NCBI GenBank assembly: GCA_964491475.1
Contig: CAZBFO010000001.1
Coordinates: 263,538 to 327,537, forward strand
From: an uncultured Gammaproteobacteria bacterium
Lineage (GTDB): Bacteria; Patescibacteriota; Patescibacteriia; SG8-24
Reading direction: 5' to 3'
Length of the DNA stretch: 64,000 nt
In this document: positions 57,779 to 64,000 of the stretch, one piece after another
How positions within the stretch are numbered: position 1 is the stretch's first letter
Layout: each line of letters opens with the position of its first letter
Made by a program: the position numbers and the translations under genes
The notes under the pieces: generated by a model
What the model was told of the DNA's origin: nothing
Databases searched by the model: none
What the model saw: only the letters and a program-made list of their open reading frames with translations

Positions 57779-58342
57779 TTATTCAGCGACGACAACCTTC
57801 GCCGGCCGTATCACTTTCTCATGGAGCAAATACCCCGGCTCCAGCACGTTCATCACCGTCCCAGCAGCGCACTCCGGCGTGGCCGGCTGCATCATCATCG
57901 CTTCGTGCATGTTCGGGTCGAAGGGGACGTTGCTCTGGTCGATGGGTTTGACTCCGGCACCCGCGAGCACTGCGTCGAGCTGGCTGCGGATGAGCTTCAC
58001 GCCGTCGATCCACTGCTTCACGCGGGTTTCGTCGAGCGGTTCCCCTTCTTTGACGGGGCTGTGCTCGGAGGCTTTGCGGAAGCTGTCGACCACGGGCAGG
58101 AGCTTGCCGAGGAATCCGCCGACGGCGTACTTGGCGAGGTCGGCGGTGGTGCGTTCCATTTCGCGCTTCAGATTGGCGTAGTCGGCGATGGCGCGCGTCC
58201 AGCCGGCCATGTTCTCGTCGGCTTTGGCTCGGGCGGCGGTCAGTTCGTCGACGGGAGCGGCGGCAGGTTCCACCGGCACGTTCTGCGCTATGTTTTGTGA
58301 TTCGTCATCCAAAGGCGTGTTGTTCTGGTTCAAGTCGTCCAT
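57779..58342 (-). CDS. grpE: Nucleotide exchange factor GrpE
   Basis: RAIADYANLKR, FDPNMHEA, GY...VIRPAKVVV. Confidence 0.95.
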   Translation of the reverse strand: MDDLNQNNTPLDDESQNIAQNVPVEPAAAPVDELTAARAKADENMAGWTRAIADYANLKREMERTTADLAKYAVGGFLGKLLPVVDSFRKASEHSPVKEGEPLDETRVKQWIDGVKLIRSQLDAVLAGAGVKPIDQSNVPFDPNMHEAMMMQPATPECAAGTVMNVLEPGYLLHEKVIRPAKVVVAE

Positions 58343-58356
58343 AGTTCAGGAAAAAA

Positions 58357-59082
58357 TTACGTCCCCGCGGAAAGCTTGCGGAACCGTTCGCGCACGTAGC
58401 GCATCAGCGCGACGTTGGCATCGTAGTCCATGCGCGTGGGGCCCAAGATGCCGAAGACGCCTTCGCCGAGGTTCGGCACTTTGATGGAGGTCAGCACGGT
58501 GGAAAGGTCCTGGCCGAAGGGGTTGTCTTGGCCGATGAAGATTTCGATCTCCCCCGTCGGCTTCTTCTCGACTTCCTTGATGATCATCTCCAGGTCGTCG
58601 ACCACGCGCGAGGCGGTGGCCATCAGCGACGTTCCCTGGAACTCCGGCTTGGCGACCAGGTTGGTCATGCCGGTGAGGAAGTTCTCGTCGCCGAAGTGCA
58701 CGAATGCCGTTTCGCCGGAAAGCTGCGCGATGGTCTTGGCGAAGCCGCGAAGCGTGTGCGCCGCTTCCTGCCGCATCACCACCATCGACTGCTGGTCGAT
58801 CTGCAGGCGCGAGTCGGGCGCCAGCTCCGGTGTGCCCACGAACTCGTCCACGTAGTAGCGGTAGCCCTGCTCGGTGGGAATGCGTCCGGCCGAAGTGTGC
58901 GGCTGTTCCAGCAACCCCTTGAACTCCAGCTCGGCCATGTCGTTGCGGATGGTGGCCGAGGATACGCCCAAGTCGTGGCGCGAGGCGATGATCGCCGAAC
59001 CGACCGGCTCGGCAGAACGCAAATACTCCCGCACGATGATGCGGAAGATGTGTTTTTGGCGTTCTTCGGGGGAGTTCGGCAT
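58357..59082 (-). CDS. hrcA: Heat-inducible repressor HrcA (short form)
   Basis: EPVGS, SSATIRNDM, QPHTSAGRIPT, ILGPTRMDY. Confidence 0.95.
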   Translation of the reverse strand: MPNSPEERQKHIFRIIVREYLRSAEPVGSAIIASRHDLGVSSATIRNDMAELEFKGLLEQPHTSAGRIPTEQGYRYYVDEFVGTPELAPDSRLQIDQQSMVVMRQEAAHTLRGFAKTIAQLSGETAFVHFGDENFLTGMTNLVAKPEFQGTSLMATASRVVDDLEMIIKEVEKKPTGEIEIFIGQDNPFGQDLSTVLTSIKVPNLGEGVFGILGPTRMDYDANVALMRYVRERFRKLSAGT

Positions 59083-59097
59083 ATGTGCAAACCTATG

Positions 59098-59124
59098 TTA
59101 GCACTCTCTGTATACGAGTGCTAG
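59098..59124. promoter_or_regulatory. CIRCE operator
   Basis: TTAGCACTC-N9-GAGTGCTAG (one mismatch to consensus) directly upstream of hrcA. Confidence 0.93.
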
Positions 59125-59150
59125 TATAGAACGCCAAAAAAGAGTGTCAA
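59123..59150 (-). promoter_or_regulatory. Sigma70 promoter of the hrcA-dnaK operon
   Basis: TTGACA-N16-TATACT on the minus strand, abutting CIRCE. Confidence 0.8.
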
Positions 59151-59218
59151 GCGGCCAAAGGAAGACTCCCCTTAACCACAGGCAATAAAAAAGCCGACCG
59201 CTAAGGGTCGGCAGGCGA

Positions 59219-59722
59219 TTACTCGCTCCAGTCGAAGTGGTTTGCCCACCTCTTGATGCTGGCGACGTCGGGCACGAGCGTGCCCCCGCAGATGTCGCCC
59301 ACTATGGGCAGGCGCTTTTCCTCGTTGGCGCAGGCGATGACCAATCGGATGATCGGCACCGCCACCTCGTAGTAGTCGGCGATGGCCTGCATGACCTCCT
59401 CGCTGGGAATGCCTACGCGGAACGGCTCGAACCGGTTGGAACGGACCATCTCGCTCATCAGCCAGACGCAGTAGCCCTCGAGGGCATGGCGGGCGGCATG
59501 GCGCAGGTCGTTCCTCATCTGCAGGCTCGCGGCGAAGGGGTCGATTTTCGGGTCGGGAGCGCGTACGGCCAGGCTGTCGAGCGCGGCCTGCAGAGGCACG
59601 AGCTTGTCGACGGCGATGGCTTCGGCGATGGCGTCCCGCTGTTGGTGCAGCTCCGAAAGCCAATCCGGATCCTGTTCCTGTTCCGTGATTTCGATTTCCG
59701 TTTCTTCTTTTTCTGTCGTCAC
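59219..59722 (-). CDS. Hypothetical helical protein
   Basis: 167 aa, GTG start after AGGAGG, 10 nt downstream of maf; terminator at ~59186-59212. Confidence 0.65.
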   Translation of the reverse strand: MTTEKEETEIEITEQEQDPDWLSELHQQRDAIAEAIAVDKLVPLQAALDSLAVRAPDPKIDPFAASLQMRNDLRHAARHALEGYCVWLMSEMVRSNRFEPFRVGIPSEEVMQAIADYYEVAVPIIRLVIACANEEKRLPIVGDICGGTLVPDVASIKRWANHFDWSE

Positions 59723-59732
59723 TCTCTCCTCC

Positions 59733-60413
59733 TTATTTTTCCCACCCCAGCTGCCGGAGCAGCCGCAGGGTGAGCTTCAGCGGCAGGCCGCTGACGCTGC
59801 TAAGGACGTCCTTGTCGGGCTTGTCTGTCCCGTGACGTCGCGCCGTTGACGGTCCCGTAAAGCCTTCGTCGCGATGACAACGGACGAACGGGGCGATGGC
59901 CGGATCTTCGTGGACGAAGGCGCCGCACGACTGCAGCACGTCGCCTTTGCCGATCAGGCAGTCAATGACCTGGTCCGGAAACGGTCCGAAGTCGACGGTG
60001 ACCGTGTCGTGGCCGCTGGCGCTGAAACGGGTCGCCGCGCTGGTGACCACGACCGTCGTGATCACGTGGACGCAGTCGTCGCGATACTGCGCCAGCCAGC
60101 GCCGCGCCTGGGTGCGACTGCTCGGCTTTTCGCGGACGTCACCGTGGAACAGGGTGACCTGGTCGGCAGTGATGACCAGCGCCTGCTCCGCCTCGTTTTC
60201 CCGCATCATGCCGATGACGGCCTCGGCCTTCGCCTGGGCGATTGCCAGAGTCAGCACGTAAGGGTTGTCGTTGCGGATGCTTTTCTCGTCGATGTCGGGC
60301 GAGCGCACCATGAACGGTATGCCCGCGTCGCGCAGCACCCCGGCCCGCCACTTGGACGAACTGCCGAGGACTATCGGTTTCCTTGGAGCGTTGTCTGATT
60401 GCAAAGGACTCAT
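59733..60413 (-). CDS. maf: Maf-family nucleotide pyrophosphatase
   Basis: IVLGSSSKWR, DIDEK, AQAKA, ITADQV, REKP, CGAF, VSGLP. Confidence 0.88.
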   Translation of the reverse strand: MSPLQSDNAPRKPIVLGSSSKWRAGVLRDAGIPFMVRSPDIDEKSIRNDNPYVLTLAIAQAKAEAVIGMMRENEAEQALVITADQVTLFHGDVREKPSSRTQARRWLAQYRDDCVHVITTVVVTSAATRFSASGHDTVTVDFGPFPDQVIDCLIGKGDVLQSCGAFVHEDPAIAPFVRCHRDEGFTGPSTARRHGTDKPDKDVLSSVSGLPLKLTLRLLRQLGWEK

Positions 60414-60525
60414 CGCTTCCCTCCGTCGGCCTTATTGCCGACGCCCGACCGTACGTCAACCCCGCCATTTTGTCAACATTGGCAACCAAAAACGCCCCGG
60501 CGAACCGGAGCGTCTTTTCAGAATG

Positions 60526-61128
60526 TTATTCCTTGTCGTCTTCGCCTTCGTCCTCGCCGCCGCCGCTGACATGCTTGATGTCCGAGAGCAGCACGTTTTC
60601 GACGAAGATGCCGCGCGGGTAGAAGATGCGCTCCAGCTCGTTCTTGGTCTCCATTTCGACCTGATCACGATGCGTAGAGAGGATGTCCTGGCTGTTGAAG
60701 CGCGAGGCGATCATGCGCATGCGGCTGCGGATGGTCGGGCGGACGATCTTGGAGACGAAGTCCTCGCCGACGTTCTGCCAGATGGTCGGCACCTGGTTGA
60801 TGTCCAAGCGAAGCAGCACGGTTCCTTCGATGGAAATGCGCTTGCCGTCGACCGTCTGCGCGGTGATGGGGGTGTCGCCGAGCGCCTGGGTGTGCTCGGG
60901 GTTGAAGCGCTTGCTGACGGAGTATTCGAGCGTCTGGGTGTTGAACAGCTTGGCCTTCTGCCAGAACGGAATCTTGAGATGCAGGCCCGGCGTCAGCACC
61001 TTCTTGAGCACGCCGCGGCCCAGGTCGTACACGCAGGCCACGTAGCCCGGCGGAACGTAAATAAAGAGTCCCTTCAGGACGTCTTCGACCACGAACGAAT
61101 ACATCATTTTGTCGAGGCTGTCGCTCAT
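60526..61128 (-). CDS. SPFH/prohibitin-domain protein
   Basis: VPPGYV, PGLHLKIPFWQ, IVRPTIRS, GIFVENVLLSDI. Confidence 0.85.
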   Translation of the reverse strand: MSDSLDKMMYSFVVEDVLKGLFIYVPPGYVACVYDLGRGVLKKVLTPGLHLKIPFWQKAKLFNTQTLEYSVSKRFNPEHTQALGDTPITAQTVDGKRISIEGTVLLRLDINQVPTIWQNVGEDFVSKIVRPTIRSRMRMIASRFNSQDILSTHRDQVEMETKNELERIFYPRGIFVENVLLSDIKHVSGGGEDEGEDDKE

Positions 61129-61244
61129 AGTAGGAAACGGGAAGGCGCAGGAGACTGCTAAGGTTAGCCATTTAATGGCACTGCGCACTCACTCCACTAT
61201 AGCACAAATAGCCTTAAAAGGCAACCATCTGGGCCCCGAACCTG

Positions 61245-61946
61245 CTATTTGGCCTCCCCCGCCGCCGGCACCTTAAAAAACAGCCTGCGCGCCCCGGCGA
61301 CGAAAATCGTGAAGAACATCGAGGACAAAATGAACAGCGATTTGACCATCGGCAGGAGCAGCAGCACGACTATCGAAAAAATCGGGAACAAAAACAGGTA
61401 CATCACGTCCGGACGGCGAATCAGGTGCTCGCGGCGCTTCTGATCGGTGTAGATTTCGAGGAACAGGACGATGCCCACGGCGGCCGCCCAGCCCAGGCTC
61501 TTCTGCGCCAGGTCGAACCCGAAGAAAAGGGTGTTGACCTTGGCCGGCGCCTGCACCCAGGAGTACAGCTGCTCCTGCGGCGTGAAGCGGATGCCGCCGA
61601 TGAACACCTGGTACAGCAGGATAAGCACGAGCAGCTGCACGCCCATCACGAACACTTTGGACCAGTAGCTGACCTTGTGCTGCTTGAGCAGGTCGCGGAT
61701 CTTCTCGGCGCGCTTGACGTGGTCGGTCTTGAAGTCGCGCTCGATGGCCTCGAATTTCCTGTTGAGCTTTTCGTAGCGGAAGCGGTTGCGCTCGTCGAGC
61801 ACGGTGAAAGGCAGCAGGGCCACGCGCAGCAGCACCGTCAGCATGATCACGGCCACGCCCAAGTTCTCCGAAGCCGGCCCCGAATACAGGAAAATCAGGA
61901 CGTTCAGCAGCGGCGTGTACAGGTAGTCGTGCCAAAATGAATGCAT
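61245..61946 (-). CDS. YidC/Oxa1-family membrane protein insertase-like
   Basis: YTPLLN, NLGVAVIMLTVLLRVALLP, QLLVLILLYQVF, FFGFDL. Confidence 0.8.
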   Translation of the reverse strand: MHSFWHDYLYTPLLNVLIFLYSGPASENLGVAVIMLTVLLRVALLPFTVLDERNRFRYEKLNRKFEAIERDFKTDHVKRAEKIRDLLKQHKVSYWSKVFVMGVQLLVLILLYQVFIGGIRFTPQEQLYSWVQAPAKVNTLFFGFDLAQKSLGWAAAVGIVLFLEIYTDQKRREHLIRRPDVMYLFLFPIFSIVVLLLLPMVKSLFILSSMFFTIFVAGARRLFFKVPAAGEAK

Positions 61947-61954
61947 ACTGGGTA

Positions 61955-62614
61955 TTATGGCAATTTTTCCTTCTCGGCCGCAATCACGAAGGCTGTCGAG
62001 CTGCCGCTCCGCGGCGCCGTCCCGTCCATGTCCTTCCCGATGAGGGTGAGCAGCGCGGCGCCGACGAACGAGAAGGCCGAGGTCAGAAGGAAGATGATGC
62101 TGAACCCGAACCGCTCGGCCAAAACGCCGCCCACGGAAGAAGTGATGGCGAAGCCCAGTCCCACGGCGTTGGAATGCAGCATCCATTCCCAGCCTTCGCG
62201 GTGGCGGTCGATGTGGCGGGTGTAGATGGCCAGCCAGGTCGGCACCAGCATGGCGTAGCCGATGCCGTTGAGCGTCTCCACGGCGAACATCTGCCAGGTT
62301 TCGCGGACGAAGAGGTAGTAGAGCAGCGGCACGGCGCTGGCAATCACCGCGCCGGTGACCATGACCCGAAAGTCATCCCTCTCCCCCTTTACCGAGTCGA
62401 TATAGGAAGAAACGGGCAGCTGCATGGCCGATTTGACCACCCAGAACAGGGTGGTCACGAAGCCGACGGTTGCCAGCGAGGCGCCCGCCACCTGCTTGGT
62501 GACGAATACCGCGTAAATCGGTGCCAAAAAACCGGTAGCAGAAATCAACAGGAAGTCCGCGTAGATCATGGTCATGATCACCTTGTTGACTTTCGGTTGT
62601 TGCCACCAAGACAT
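61955..62614 (-). CDS. Half-size (6-TM) MFS-like transporter
   Basis: GFLAPIYAVFV, YTRHID...EGWEW, GGVLAERFGF. Confidence 0.8.
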   Translation of the reverse strand: MSWWQQPKVNKVIMTMIYADFLLISATGFLAPIYAVFVTKQVAGASLATVGFVTTLFWVVKSAMQLPVSSYIDSVKGERDDFRVMVTGAVIASAVPLLYYLFVRETWQMFAVETLNGIGYAMLVPTWLAIYTRHIDRHREGWEWMLHSNAVGLGFAITSSVGGVLAERFGFSIIFLLTSAFSFVGAALLTLIGKDMDGTAPRSGSSTAFVIAAEKEKLP

Positions 62615-62678
62615 AGCAGCTGACGGCCTTACGTCATTACCCAACTATAGCGCGGCCGCCGCCTATTTGGAAGATGGC

Positions 62679-62942
62679 CTAGTTCCCCGCGTCCGGAGCG
62701 GCCATCAGACGCTCTTTGAGCTCGCGCCGCATGCGCTTGATGACCGCAGCCCGCTTTTCGGCGTCGGCGGCGTTCATGTATTCCTCGGTGTATGCCAAAA
62801 ACACCGGCGTGCGGGCGCGGAGCCAGGCGCTCCCTCCCCCGCCGTTGATGGCGCGCAGGTCGTGTTCGAGGTTTTGCGTGATGCCGGAGTACAGCGAACC
62901 GTCGCTGCAGCGCATCACGTAGACGAACCAATGTTGGCACAT
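62679..62942 (-). CDS. Small GIY-YIG (UPF0213-like) protein, degenerate
   Basis: WFVYVMRCSDGSLYSGIT; catalytic Arg/His/Glu positions substituted. Confidence 0.8.
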   Translation of the reverse strand: MCQHWFVYVMRCSDGSLYSGITQNLEHDLRAINGGGGSAWLRARTPVFLAYTEEYMNAADAEKRAAVIKRMRRELKERLMAAPDAGN

Positions 62943-63015
62943 AGGCGTTGCGAACTTCGGGACTTTTCCACAGGTCGCAGAACGATGGGCATAGTAACAC
63001 GGGCGGCAGACAATC

Positions 63016-63044
63016 AAAAAGCCCCCGGCTTTTCGGGGGCTTTT
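63016..63044. terminator. Intrinsic terminator
   Basis: AAAAAGCCCCCG-GCTTTT-CGGGGGCTTTT. Confidence 0.75.
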
Positions 63045-63057
63045 CCGTACACGGAGA

Positions 63058-63769
63058 TCAGGAGGCCTTCTTCTCTTCGCCGAATCCGCCCAACAGGTCG
63101 TCGATGTCCTCGTCGGAAGCGTCGATGCCGGTCTCGGTCTGTTTGGCCTTGATGGCTTCTTCTTCGGCCTTGAAGTGCTCGGTGGCACGAGCGATGAGCA
63201 GGTTCACTTCGGTGCCGGGAATCTGATTGCCGGCGCCTTTCATGCGCTTGTCGAGGGCGGCATTGAACTCGCCCATGTCGGCGAACATGCCGGAGTCGAT
63301 CATCTCCGCCAAGACCTTGCCCTGCTCGGAACTGACTTCGCCGGCGTTTTCGAGCGAACGGGCGAACGAATCGATTTCGGCCGCCTGCGCGTCGAGGCCG
63401 GCCTCCCTATAGGAGTCATGGAACTGGCCGAGCTGCTCGATGAGAGCAGCGCGAGCCCGCGCCTCATCGACACCCTCGTCCTTGGCCTGCGCCACGAACT
63501 TGTCGACGATGCTGCCAAGCTCGGCCAGGCGCTTTCCGGCGAAGGCCCTCTGTATTTCGCCCGCAGCTCTGGAGCCGAGATCGGCGACAGCCTTGGCTGC
63601 CGCCGCATCCTGCGCGGCTTCAGAAGCATTGATCTTTTCGAGATACGCACCGGGGATCTCGTCCGGTTCGGGCTCAACGACGGCTGGAAGAGTTTCGGCA
63701 GCCGGCTTCTCCTGCTGTGCTTACTTCTTCCTCGATCATGCGGCTGATTTCGGTATTGCGTTCGCTCAT
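63058..63769 (-). pseudogene. Acidic helical hypothetical gene with a one-base frameshift near codon 16
   Basis: MSERNTEISRMIEEEV (ATG 63769) is one base out of frame with an open, host-codon-like frame 63720-63058; total span 712 = 3n+1. Confidence 0.6.
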
Positions 63770-63849
63770 AAAGGGAAACAATTACAGCCGTAAACATAGC
63801 AAAAAATGACCAAACTGTCAATCGGTCCGCAAAGAAAAAGACGCCTTGT

Positions 63850-64000
63850 TCAGGCGTCCTGTCCGGCTGCCAGGGGCAGCACGGCGGTTTCGGTTTTTTG
63901 GCAGAGCGCATTGAGCAGTGCCGCGCAGCGCTTGGCGAACAGGCCTTCGGCCGCGTCGTCGAACTGCGTCAGCGCCGCCTCCCACCACCGTCCGAACATG
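63850..64000 (-). CDS. 3' end of a hypothetical gene (partial, enters from the right edge)
   Basis: Open frame ...MFGRWWEAALTQFDDAAEGLFAKRCAALLNALCQKTETAVLPLAAGQDA*, followed by a hairpin and T-run. Confidence 0.5.
   Translation of the reverse strand, partial: MFGRWWEAALTQFDDAAEGLFAKRCAALLNALCQKTETAVLPLAAGQDA

Overview
A 64-kb stretch of a GC-rich bacterial chromosome read with the standard genetic code (TGA is used as a stop). Gene content suggests Patescibacteria/CPR, probably a Parcubacteria/ABY1-like lineage. This is an inference from a SecD with parvulin domains, a short HrcA, a 'GAGC' lipoprotein, a VirD4/HerA-like ATPase, a half-size MFS and several conserved hypothetical families. 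Housekeeping genes: secDF, rlmN, tRNA-Gln(CTG), dnaX, corA-like, cysS, hrcA-grpE-dnaK-dnaJ with a CIRCE, maf and yidC-like. Accessory blocks: (i) 8.4-15.6 kb, a nucleotide-centred cluster (Gmk, a divergent PurA lacking the aspartate-binding loop, vWA, NDK, a kinase-like protein, an AAA+ ATPase and its partner) containing a small IS200/IS605-like palindromic element; (ii) a complete cyoABCDE quinol oxidase operon in which both canonical K-channel residues are Gln; (iii) a compact ComG-like pilus operon; (iv) an array of two mosaic phage-fibre-like secreted proteins, a lectin-like protein and four paralogous membrane-anchored proteins. No CRISPR array, rRNA, integrase, transposase or reverse transcriptase was seen. 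All calls come from reading motifs by eye; no database searches were run, and several starts were moved from the ORF track to the more plausible downstream ATG.
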